Shown in pieces: positions 55,574 through 63,517 of a stretch of 64,000 nucleotides of DNA (its first letter is position 1; each line of letters begins with the position of its first letter). Location of the stretch: the IMG/VR virus record IMGVR_UViG_3300028840_001395, positions 62,001 to 126,000 of that record. The stretch is one strand, 5' to 3'. Below the pieces are notes generated by a model. That model saw only the letters and a program-made list of their open reading frames with translations. It was not told the DNA's origin and searched no databases. Both the position numbers and the translations under genes were made by a program.

Positions 55574-56701
55574 CTAGGGCGGAGGATTTGGGTCAGAGAA
55601 TACGGTGAAATATCCAAGACCAGCTAGCACGAGTTCACCCTTGGTGATGTATGCCTTGATGAGCGCGTTGGACGTCGAATCTATGTTCAAGGAAAGCGCC
55701 CCACCGAGGGTCAACGTCCCAGGGAGGGCTGGTGGCTCCCGGCCCACGAATGACGATGCGGTCATGAAACGGGAAGACCCATCCTCGTTGATGGTGACAT
55801 CCCCGCCCAGCGACGACGTAATTATCTGTGCCATCTCTCCGATGGAAATGAAGTCCTTTGCGTAGATGATAGCGTTGTTCAAAACCACCCCACCAGCGGC
55901 GGGGGCGTCGATGCTGTTGATCAACATCCGGGAGTCAAAGACCGACAGTGTTGACCAACCCGGCAGATTCCGGTTTGCCTCGTAGGGGGCGGCACAGATG
56001 ATGTCGGATGTGTAGTTGGAAAGGAACCCGCCCGTGGCGATGTAGATCTCATACGGGGTGTCAACGTGAGGGAGAAGGATATCCCCCTGGAGTCCCGCAT
56101 TCACAAGGTTCAGGATGACCTTTCCCAACGGGGCAGTGTCCCCGACGATGCTCCCGAAAACCACGGACTCTGCCAAGGTGAGCTTGCGCCCGTAGTCGGC
56201 CCCAGGAGCCGGAGGCCACGCGGGTTCTCCCGTGAATGTGATATTCCCGGCAATGAACATGCCGCTGAATGAGGTTCCTCCAAGGTGCGGCCCCGGAGTG
56301 CCGTAGCTCCTGATGTTCAAGGTGGACTGGTTGATAGGCGGAGCCGAGCCGTTGGGCACGTTGAACGTGATATCCCCTCCAGGCCCCCCGATGCTGCTTG
56401 GGTCTCCGAGAAACACCGTACCCAGCGTGTAGATGTTGAATACACCCGCTGTCGAAATGGTGATGGACTCGTCGTAGATCCCCGGATAGACCCAGAGAGT
56501 CTGAATCCAGGTCGTAGGATCACCCGCGTCATACACGGGGAGCGCAGCTATGGCCTCCGTGATGGTTCGGAATGGGGCGACCCAGGAGCCATTCGCTTCG
56601 GGCGTCCCTGCGGGAGCCGGGCCAGGGGCCACGACCTTCATCTGCTCGTTGGGCGCTCCCGTGATGAGGTCTGCAAGCTCTGCCGGGATGTTGTAGGACA
56701 T
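55574..56701 (-). CDS. Putative beta-helix (pectin-lyase-like) protein, paralog of 56711-58033
   Basis: NGSWVAPFRTITEAI...VYPGIYDE. Confidence 0.6.
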   Translation of the reverse strand: MSYNIPAELADLITGAPNEQMKVVAPGPAPAGTPEANGSWVAPFRTITEAIAALPVYDAGDPTTWIQTLWVYPGIYDESITISTAGVFNIYTLGTVFLGDPSSIGGPGGDITFNVPNGSAPPINQSTLNIRSYGTPGPHLGGTSFSGMFIAGNITFTGEPAWPPAPGADYGRKLTLAESVVFGSIVGDTAPLGKVILNLVNAGLQGDILLPHVDTPYEIYIATGGFLSNYTSDIICAAPYEANRNLPGWSTLSVFDSRMLINSIDAPAAGGVVLNNAIIYAKDFISIGEMAQIITSSLGGDVTINEDGSSRFMTASSFVGREPPALPGTLTLGGALSLNIDSTSNALIKAYITKGELVLAGLGYFTVFSDPNPPP

Positions 56702-56710
56702 CGTGACCCC

Positions 56711-58033
56711 CTACGGGATGACCGCGTCGTTGAGGAGATTCGTCCCTGCGGGGAACGCCGACCCCGCGAGCTTCGTCATCGAGTTCGTGGCCAAGTCCAC
56801 GTAGAAGTTACCAGGAACCGTGAACGTGACCACCCCTGTCACCCGGCAGTCCAGGAAGTATGCCTCTGCGGAGGTGGCGTCCAGCGTATCGTTGAACCTG
56901 CATCCGTGGACAAGCCCCACACTCCCGAAGTCCACACCACCACTGAACAGGCAACCCTTGACATCGGGGTTCCCGGAGTCGTTCTCGAAGTTGGCCTGGA
57001 AGATACAGTCCTCGATCAAGGTGATGTCATGCACATCGACGTTCCCGTTGAACTCGCAACGGCGCATCTTGTCGGCATCGTCCGCCACGGTAACCGAGAA
57101 CCCGAACACGCTGTCGGTGAAGTGGGCGTCCTGGAGAGTCACACTGCCCCCCAAGAGAGAATCCTGATAGACTCCCTCACGGGCGGTCACGGCACCCTCG
57201 AATCTGCTCTGCTCTATGGCGATCATGTCGGACGCCTCTGGTGCCCAAACGGAAGCCGTCTGCATGGGAAGGCCATTCGGGGTGAATGTCCCCTGCCTCA
57301 CGTCCGTTCGCTCGAAGTTGAGTTGACGCTCACCCCCGACCTCCGACCCGCCGACAAAGACCCCATCACCAATTTCGCTATTCTCGAAGTACCATTTGTA
57401 GGTTACCTCGCGTCCGAACTGGATGGCATCACATCGACTCTGCACAAGAGCCATGCCGAGCTGCCCAGCCCACTCGGTCGGCTGGCCTGCGTCCTTGCCC
57501 ACGATGTTTCCGCCGATGTTGGTATTCCGGAACCAGCAGAAGCGGTCAACGGGGTCTCCATCGATGATTACATCCCCAGAGATATCGAAGAGCGTGATCT
57601 CTGTGTTCCCTACCTGTGGCATCGGGAGAACAATGAGGGAGGCCGGAACGTAATTCCCAGGAGGAGCCCCCGTGATCTGGGTGGGGGCGTCCTTGTCCCA
57701 GGTGACCGACTTGGGATCACCCTGCTCCCCGATACGGGCAGCACCCACCGTGTAGAAGAGCATGATCTTCGACTTGGTGATTGTGACATCCTCGTTGTAG
57801 ATGCCCGACATGATCCAGATCTGCTCAAACCAGGTGTTCTGGTCAGCCCCATCCACGGGAGCCATTGCATCTACGGCAGCCTGGATTGTCCGATAGGGAT
57901 TGGCCCATGTCCCGTCAGCAGGCTCCCCGGCCCCAGCGCCTCCGGCGGGGTCGTTGCTCACGACCTTGATGGCAGAGGGGAGCGCCCCGCTCTGGAGCAT
58001 ATCGAGAAGTGACTGCGGGATGTTGTAGGACAT
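56711..58033 (-). CDS. Putative beta-helix (pectin-lyase-like) protein
   Basis: DGTWANPYRTIQAAV...IMSGIYNE; C.F.G.V repeats. Confidence 0.65.
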   Translation of the reverse strand: MSYNIPQSLLDMLQSGALPSAIKVVSNDPAGGAGAGEPADGTWANPYRTIQAAVDAMAPVDGADQNTWFEQIWIMSGIYNEDVTITKSKIMLFYTVGAARIGEQGDPKSVTWDKDAPTQITGAPPGNYVPASLIVLPMPQVGNTEITLFDISGDVIIDGDPVDRFCWFRNTNIGGNIVGKDAGQPTEWAGQLGMALVQSRCDAIQFGREVTYKWYFENSEIGDGVFVGGSEVGGERQLNFERTDVRQGTFTPNGLPMQTASVWAPEASDMIAIEQSRFEGAVTAREGVYQDSLLGGSVTLQDAHFTDSVFGFSVTVADDADKMRRCEFNGNVDVHDITLIEDCIFQANFENDSGNPDVKGCLFSGGVDFGSVGLVHGCRFNDTLDATSAEAYFLDCRVTGVVTFTVPGNFYVDLATNSMTKLAGSAFPAGTNLLNDAVIP

Positions 58034-58077
58034 GGACGCCTCCTTGGCCCTACACTGTACCCCGGATAGGCAGATTA

Positions 58078-58154
58078 TGGCACCCCCGGAGGGACTCGAA
58101 CCCCCACCGTCCTGATTAGAAGTCAGGCATCCTCTCCAATTAGACCACGGAGGC
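58078..58154 (-). tRNA. tRNA-Arg(TCT)
   Basis: Loop CTTCTAA, CCA. Confidence 0.88.
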
Positions 58155-58211
58155 ACAGGGGCCATCCAGGGTCGCGGGTGAACGCGCCTCGCTGGACGGC
58201 AGGACGGAACT

Positions 58212-58288
58212 TGGTGGGCCTGACTGGGCTTGAACCAGCGAACCTCCGCCGTGTCGAGGCGGCGCTCTCCCAACTGAGCTACAGGCCC
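58212..58288 (-). tRNA. tRNA-Val(GAC), C at position 33
   Basis: Loop TCGACAC, CCA. Confidence 0.85.
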
Positions 58289-58295
58289 ATGATTT

Positions 58296-59102
58296 TTAGG
58301 AATTGATGACTTCTCCGACCGCCCTGACGACTTTGTTCAGGTCACAGGCGTAGAGGCCAGCACAGGACAGACACCCAACTTCGAGGACTCTCCACTCACC
58401 GCTCTCGGTCTGGCAGGTGTCCAAGACCCACATCGGGTCAGGACTGAAATCCGTCTTGTCCAAGAACTCACGGGCAATGTGGAACGCCTCATTGCCCGGC
58501 TCCACGACCTCGTGCTTGAGGGTGCTCTTGACCTTGTAGAGACTCCCTGTGACGACCTCCCGGCCCTTCACGATGAACCGGAACTCACGGGCGATGTTCG
58601 TGGCCGGGGCCACGACAATCAGCGTGTCCGGTGGGATGTCGCTGTATCGCTCGATGAACTCGATGTCCTGCCCCAGCGTCTTGCGGCACATCACGATGCC
58701 CGTGAAGGTCTTGAGCCCACTGCTGGGCCGGACGAAGAAACACTCATGTTCCCCGCGCCCAAACCTCTCGAAGAGATGGGCTGCGTCATCCCGGAGTTGC
58801 CGGTAGGGAATCATGGTGCATTCGTCGTTGAGCAGCAGTCCCTTGAAGGCCGGGTAGTAGGACGAGCACTCGTAGGCTTCTACCGTGTGAAACACATTGC
58901 AGGTGGGCGAGTCCTTCATGACCCGCAGCGAGAACTCCAGGCTACCAAAGAGGAAGTCCTGGGGTCCGAAGCGGCTGAAGTCTCCTCCACCGAAGGGGAT
59001 GTAGTCCACGATCTCGTAGGTCATCCCCGCCCTGGTGATAGCGGCTTCGAGCCCCTGTTGGTTCTCCTCGAAGGTGTGGTTTTCCAAGATCCAGTTCAAC
59101 AT
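58296..59102 (-). CDS. ATP-grasp domain protein (R2K/DUF4343-like)
   Basis: FVRPSSGLKTFTG, EFRFIV, VLD...VLEVG..SCAGLY. Confidence 0.8.
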   Translation of the reverse strand: MLNWILENHTFEENQQGLEAAITRAGMTYEIVDYIPFGGGDFSRFGPQDFLFGSLEFSLRVMKDSPTCNVFHTVEAYECSSYYPAFKGLLLNDECTMIPYRQLRDDAAHLFERFGRGEHECFFVRPSSGLKTFTGIVMCRKTLGQDIEFIERYSDIPPDTLIVVAPATNIAREFRFIVKGREVVTGSLYKVKSTLKHEVVEPGNEAFHIAREFLDKTDFSPDPMWVLDTCQTESGEWRVLEVGCLSCAGLYACDLNKVVRAVGEVINS

Positions 59103-59554
59103 GGGAGGCCCATTTCTTGTAGAATCTTGACCCGAAGGTCGCCTCGCTCGATAGCCGACTTCCGCCGATGGCATTTTGCACAGCGGACCTCGCATTTCGC
59201 AAGCTCCGCTTCGACTCGGTGCCACGCAGGTAGCCGATGGTAGATGGTTGACAGACCCATGACCTTCTTACCTCGCACATGGTCGAAATCAAGGACGAGG
59301 GGGTCTGTCTCTCCACAGTCCACACACGGATGAGCGAGAAGATACGCCACGATGCGGCGCGTGTACAACTCCCTTCGGGCAGCGTTGTTCTTTCCGACGT
59401 TCTTCCGATGGGATGTCTTGTTCTTCTTGTACCAGGACTTGCGGTACTCCGCCTGGCACCGTTTGCACATGGACTGGTAGCCGTCCTTCTTGCTCTTGTT
59501 GGTGTTGAACTCCTTGAGAGGAAGGGAACGCCCACATTTTCCACAAGTCTTCAT
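59096..59554 (-). CDS. HNH endonuclease
   Basis: CGKC...CKRC; CVDCGETDPLVLDFDH...CAKCH. Confidence 0.85.
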   Translation of the reverse strand: MKTCGKCGRSLPLKEFNTNKSKKDGYQSMCKRCQAEYRKSWYKKNKTSHRKNVGKNNAARRELYTRRIVAYLLAHPCVDCGETDPLVLDFDHVRGKKVMGLSTIYHRLPAWHRVEAELAKCEVRCAKCHRRKSAIERGDLRVKILQEMGLPC

Positions 59555-59606
59555 ACGGGGAGTGTACCAAGGGCGGCTCCTAAAAGCAATCACCCTTTCA
59601 AATTCA

Positions 59607-59682
59607 TGGTGGGCCGAGAAGGATTTGAACCTTCAACCTTCAGGGTAAGAGCCTGCTGCACTATCCGTTGTGCTACCGACCC
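59607..59682 (-). tRNA. tRNA-Lys(CTT)
   Basis: Loop CTCTTAC, CCA. Confidence 0.9.
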
Positions 59683-59695
59683 ATGAATGAAAATG

Positions 59696-59771
59696 TGGTA
59701 GGCCCGGAGGGAGTCGAACCCTCAACTTCCCGGTTAAGAGCCGGGTACTCTGCCAGTTGAGCTACGGACCC
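59696..59771 (-). tRNA. tRNA-Lys(CTT)
   Basis: Loop CTCTTAA, CCA. Confidence 0.92.
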
Positions 59772-59799
59772 ACATGCTCGTGAAGGACGCCGTTTTAGA

Positions 59800-59929
59800 C
59801 AGGATTCGGGAGAGAGGCCCGGTCATCGGTGGGGGTCGAACCCACGACCTCCGGGTTGAAAAAGCCGTCAAGCCGTCCCGACGCTCTGCCGACTGAGCTA
59901 CGACTACGTGGACTTCATCCCGTCCCCTG
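59800..59929 (-). ncRNA. tRNA-like core with extended terminal stem (3)
   Basis: Canonical D and T arms, 21-nt anticodon loop, no CCA, flanks pair CAGG/CCTG and CGGGA/TCCCG. Confidence 0.6.
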
Positions 59930-60066
59930 AATGACTACTGACCTGAACCGTTCCAAGGTTCCCCACTGGCACCCTCGCGGGGGCGGAAAGGTAGGCTTGA
60001 CGGCCCCACCCCCAGGCACCAGGCTTCGCCAGGGTTCAGTCCAGGCGTTCATCCGGCGATAGAACT

Positions 60067-60143
60067 TGGTCGGGAAGACAGGATTTGAACCTGCGACCGC
60101 TCGGCCCCCAGCCGAGTGCTCTACCAGACTGAGCTACTTCCCG
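60067..60143 (-). tRNA. tRNA-Pro(GGG)
   Basis: Loop CTGGGGG, CCA. Confidence 0.9.
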
Positions 60144-60152
60144 AATGTCTCT

Positions 60153-60229
60153 TGGCGGGAATGACGGGAGTTGAACCCGCTTCCTCTGGCGTGACAGGCC
60201 AGCGCCTCCTCCACTTCGGCCTCATCCCC
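60153..60229 (-). tRNA. tRNA-Asp(GTC)
   Basis: Loop CTGTCAC, G73. Confidence 0.9.
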
Positions 60230-60238
60230 TTGCGTTCT

Positions 60239-60315
60239 TGGTCGGGGCGACTGGATTTGAACCAGCGACCTCTCGGATCCGAACCGAGTACTCTTCCAGA
60301 CTGAGCTACACCCCG
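60239..60315 (-). tRNA. tRNA-Pro(CGG)
   Basis: Loop TTCGGAT, CCA. Confidence 0.9.
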
Positions 60316-60325
60316 AAAATGACTG

Positions 60326-60403
60326 TGGCAGGGACGACGGGACTCGAACCCGCGACCTCCTGGGCGACAACCAGGTGTCCTAAACCAACTAGACCACGCC
60401 CCT
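60326..60403 (-). tRNA. tRNA-Asp(GTC)
   Basis: Loop TTGTCGC, G73. Confidence 0.85.
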
Positions 60404-60412
60404 GCGGCGTGT

Positions 60413-60487
60413 TGGCAGGAGTGACGGGAATCGAACCCGCCTCACTCGGGAGACAGCCGAGCTGCATCACCAGATGCACACACCCCT
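60413..60487 (-). tRNA. tRNA-Asp(GTC)
   Basis: Loop CTGTCTC, G73. Confidence 0.8.
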
Positions 60488-60706
60488 ATCGAATGGACGG
60501 ATGGGAAGGGTGTGACCCCTCCATCCCCGTGTCGCGTGGCTGGCCGTGTCACAGCCCTTTGGACTCGCGCCACAGGGACCCACATCTACGGGCACCCCAT
60601 CGTCGGTTACCCCGTCAGGAGTCTCACCTGCTCCTCCTCTCCCGTCCTTCCTCTGTCCGAGGCGACTTGGGTCTGGTGTGCATCTACACCACGGGGTCAT
60701 TGATCT

Positions 60707-60781
60707 TGGCTCCTCGGGAGGGAATCGAACCCCCGACACACTGGTTAACAGCCAGCCGTTCTACCGCTGAACTACCGAGGA
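60707..60781 (-). tRNA. tRNA-Asn(GTT)
   Basis: Loop CTGTTAA, CCA. Confidence 0.92.
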
Positions 60782-60793
60782 ACATTTGACTTT

Positions 60794-60868
60794 TGGCTTA
60801 CCGGACGGGACTCGAACCCGCGCGCTTTACGTTAACAACGTAGTGCTCTGCCGCTGAGCTACCGGCAA
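60794..60868 (-). tRNA. tRNA-Asn(GTT)
   Basis: Loop TTGTTAA, CCA. Confidence 0.88.
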
Positions 60869-61102
60869 GACAGACGATTCGTGTCCCTTGAGCTACCGGG
60901 AGGAGGGCCTTGGCCGCAACCCCAGAGGACTCTGCGTGGATGGCCTGCGGGGACTTCGCAGATTTCCGGGCGGGTGGACTCACCGCTCTGGGGGTCGCAC
61001 GCTGCCGAACCACAACCGCGCACCGAAGGCGTCCCTCTGGTCGGGGACGCCGAGTTCATGAAGCCGGGGGCCGGTTGGGAGCCGACCCCCGGCGATTTTT
61101 GC

Positions 61103-61151
61103 AATCGCGTTGCTATTCACTTGTCAGAGACCGTGGCCCACTCTCAGGCCC
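61103..61151 (-). promoter_or_regulatory. Hairpin + boxA-like element + 5' strand of long-range stem (array 2)
   Basis: GGGCCTGAGAGTGGGCC...CTCTGACAAGTGAATAG, matches 23167-23205. Confidence 0.65.
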
Positions 61152-61165
61152 TAAAAACGAATGGG

Positions 61166-61573
61166 TCACTTTTCAAGGTACGCCTTGGCTTTTCCCAGTA
61201 GCTCCTTGTCGTCCTTGAAACTCCCCAGCCCCAAATTACAAGGCTGGCACAGCAACCCTCTTATCTTTCCCGACTCATGGCAATGATCTACGGAGAGCCT
61301 CTGATTCTCAGGAATCTCTCCACAGATAGCACACCTCCCACCCTGGGCCTTTTCTAGAGCCTCGTACTCATCCCAGGTGATATTGATGCCGAGTTTCCTC
61401 CATTTGGCCCGTGCTTTCTTCCGATACCATGTCTCCGGGTTCCTCAGTGCAGGGGATGAGCGACAAGTTCGACAAGCATACACCCGAAGATTCTTGTTCC
61501 TCGCCTGTCGGGGGAACTTCTCCAGGGGCTTCTCTTTCCCACACTTCTTACAAACCCGCGTTTCCATCCGCAC
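61166..61573 (-). CDS. Endonuclease VII-like (HNH) protein
   Basis: QGGRCAIC...LSVDHCH.SGKIRGLLCQPCNLGLG. Confidence 0.9.
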   Translation of the reverse strand: MRMETRVCKKCGKEKPLEKFPRQARNKNLRVYACRTCRSSPALRNPETWYRKKARAKWRKLGINITWDEYEALEKAQGGRCAICGEIPENQRLSVDHCHESGKIRGLLCQPCNLGLGSFKDDKELLGKAKAYLEK

Positions 61574-61576
61574 CCC

Positions 61577-61612
61577 AAAAAAAAAGCCAGGCTCCTCTCG
61601 GTGCCCGGCTTT
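61577..61612 (-). terminator. Attenuator terminator of array 2
   Basis: AGCCGGG/CCTGGCT stem followed by a 9-U run on the - strand. Confidence 0.85.
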
Positions 61613-61639
61613 CGCTCTCTTGACCTTTGCCCTTGAGCT

Positions 61640-61792
61640 TTAGCCAGGCACCTCCCGCTTGGGATCGCAACCATTGGCGGCGACCGGGGTCTGGTGCTGG
61701 CGAATTCGTCCGGTCATCCCAAACACCACTCCCGTCGCCCTGGCTGCTACCGCCATGCGTTCGGTTTTCGGTGCTGGGAATCTGGACAACAT
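61640..61792 (-). CDS. Putative attenuator leader peptide 2 (50 aa, MLSRFPAPKTERMAVAARATGVVFGMTGRIRQHQTPVAANGCDPKREVPG)
   Basis: SD AAGGAG; its 3' end GGTGCCTGGCT can pair 11 bp with the terminator 5' arm. Confidence 0.75.
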   Translation of the reverse strand: MLSRFPAPKTERMAVAARATGVVFGMTGRIRQHQTPVAANGCDPKREVPG

Positions 61793-61843
61793 CGAACTCA
61801 AGCTCCTTCGGCCTCGGGTTGTTTCACTTTCGAGGCGTCCACC

Positions 61844-61998
61844 ATGATACACGTCTTGGCTTCTTTGTCAAGCTCCTTCTTTGTCTCCCGCTCCCTTGAG
61901 CGCGGATGAGACACTACCTAAACACCTGATCTCTTGGGACTTCTACCGCCCCGAGTTGGTGCTCATAGCCAGACTACTCTGCCCGAGGGCTGAGTAAG
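61844..61998 (-). promoter_or_regulatory. Tandem promoters of array 2: phage motif (61971-61998) and TTGACA-N16-TATCAT (61871-61844)
   Basis: Both motifs read directly from the sequence. Confidence 0.7.
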
Positions 61999-62001
61999 AC
62001 C

Positions 62002-62304
62002 CTACTTGGCCTGGTTCCTGATCAGGAAGGAGATGGCGACCCGGAAGCCTTCCTGCGTGACGATGCCCTTGGCGTTGACCCACTTCTTCGCCAAGGCGAA
62101 CTTGGCCTGCGGGGTCTCCATGTTCGGCACCGGCTTCTGCGCCAGGGTCAGTAGGCACCAGCGCGTGAGTGCCTCGACCGCCTGGCGCTGCATGGGAACT
62201 GCCGGAGCCTTCGGCTTCACCGGGGCCTTCTTCGCCGGAACGGCCTTCTTCACCGGGGCCTTGACGGGACGACGAGCAGGGCTTGCGGGCTTGCGGGCTG
62301 CCAT
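62002..62304 (-). CDS. Lys/Ala/Pro-rich basic hypothetical protein
   Basis: SD GGAGGT; histone-H1-like N-terminus. Confidence 0.7.
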   Translation of the reverse strand: MAARKPASPARRPVKAPVKKAVPAKKAPVKPKAPAVPMQRQAVEALTRWCLLTLAQKPVPNMETPQAKFALAKKWVNAKGIVTQEGFRVAISFLIRNQAK

Positions 62305-62358
62305 CTCATACCTCCAGAGGGAGTGTTCTTTGGCTACTAGGTGGGGGGTATAGAGGCT

Positions 62359-62934
62359 CTAGTGAGATGTCCCGTAGAGCTTGTGCTCCAGAATGTAGTC
62401 CATCACCTTGGGCGGAACCATCTTCCGAGCATGACCCAGACCACCTGGGCCGCTCGCCAGGCTCATCCTGATGTCCGTGCTGCTGATGTCAGGGAGGACG
62501 AAGGGCATCTGGGACTCCGCACCATCGGGCCGGGGCATCACGAAGAATTCGACCAACCCGGCCAAGTCCTGCCAACGATGCCAGGAGTGCATCACGCCCT
62601 CATTGTCCGAGCCGATGATCAGGAACAGGTCGAAGTCCTCCTTCGGGTACTCGACCCGCATCTTCTCCATGAGATCCACCGTGTAGCGGATACGCAGGAG
62701 TCGCTCCATCGAGGACACATGGACGTCCGGCATACCACTGAACGCCCGTCCACACATGAAAAGCCGATGGTCGAAGTCGATGAGGTGGGAGTCCTTGTCG
62801 AAGGCGTGGTGCCAGCAGGGGTGGACGTAGATGCGGTCAAACTGGCCCATCACCTGGGCGTAGGCCAGGCCCATGACATGAGCGATGTGGGGTGGGTTGA
62901 ACCCGCCGCCGAAGAACGCGATACGCTGCTTCAT
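62359..62934 (-). CDS. nadD: Nicotinate/nicotinamide-nucleotide adenylyltransferase
   Basis: FGGGFNPPHIAH, YTVD, IIGSDN...WHRW, ISSTDIR. Confidence 0.9.
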   Translation of the reverse strand: MKQRIAFFGGGFNPPHIAHVMGLAYAQVMGQFDRIYVHPCWHHAFDKDSHLIDFDHRLFMCGRAFSGMPDVHVSSMERLLRIRYTVDLMEKMRVEYPKEDFDLFLIIGSDNEGVMHSWHRWQDLAGLVEFFVMPRPDGAESQMPFVLPDISSTDIRMSLASGPGGLGHARKMVPPKVMDYILEHKLYGTSH

Positions 62935-63152
62935 GGTAACACCAACCCCCAGAAGCCAGGAGTGACCCGAGCTACGTCAGGGCAGAGGTAGGCCCGGCAG
63001 ACGGTGGGTCTCTCCTCACGAGGGAGGGTACATCCCGTGTCGCTCCAGTGGCGACAGTAGCCGTCCTTGCGGTAGGGCTTGGCGAAGCCGTAGCCAGGCT
63101 GGTAGCAGCACTCGCCGCATCCCGTGGGGCATTCCCAGTCCTGACCTTCCAT
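62931..63152 (-). CDS. Small Cys-cluster (YkgJ-like) protein
   Basis: CPTGCGECC...C...GC...RPTVCRAYLC. Confidence 0.6.
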   Translation of the reverse strand: MEGQDWECPTGCGECCYQPGYGFAKPYRKDGYCRHWSDTGCTLPREERPTVCRAYLCPDVARVTPGFWGLVLP

Positions 63153-63168
63153 CGGGGCCTCCAGTCAC

Positions 63169-63504
63169 CTAGACTACTCTCGCGTGTGCCCGTGTAAGCC
63201 CCTGGATGGTCGCCATCACCCTGCCGGGGATATTCTGCTCGTAGGGGCGATAGTCCCAGGCGAGCATCTTGGTGAGCCTCTCCTGGTCGAAGGTGTCCTC
63301 GGAGCCTTCCGGATTCCACTCCTGGTCGAAGATGACCAGCATGGTCTTGATGAACTTCCGCAGGTAGTGGTGAACCGAAGGATCTCCGGAGATCTTCCTG
63401 AACACGTCCATGTACTCTACGGGAATGGCGTGGAAGCCCCGCCAGGTGAACGGGAGGAACGCTTGACTACCATCGGGGAGGGTCTTCTGAATCAGATGGT
63501 GCAT
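63169..63504 (-). CDS. Hypothetical protein
   Basis: Operonic ORF. Confidence 0.65.
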   Translation of the reverse strand: MHHLIQKTLPDGSQAFLPFTWRGFHAIPVEYMDVFRKISGDPSVHHYLRKFIKTMLVIFDQEWNPEGSEDTFDQERLTKMLAWDYRPYEQNIPGRVMATIQGLTRAHARVV

Positions 63505-63517
63505 CCTCGATGCCCTT

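Noticed and set aside
60488-60700. RNase P RNA or cobalamin riboswitch
   Set aside because: Only a T-loop-like hairpin matches; the P4 and B12-box consensus sequences are not seen
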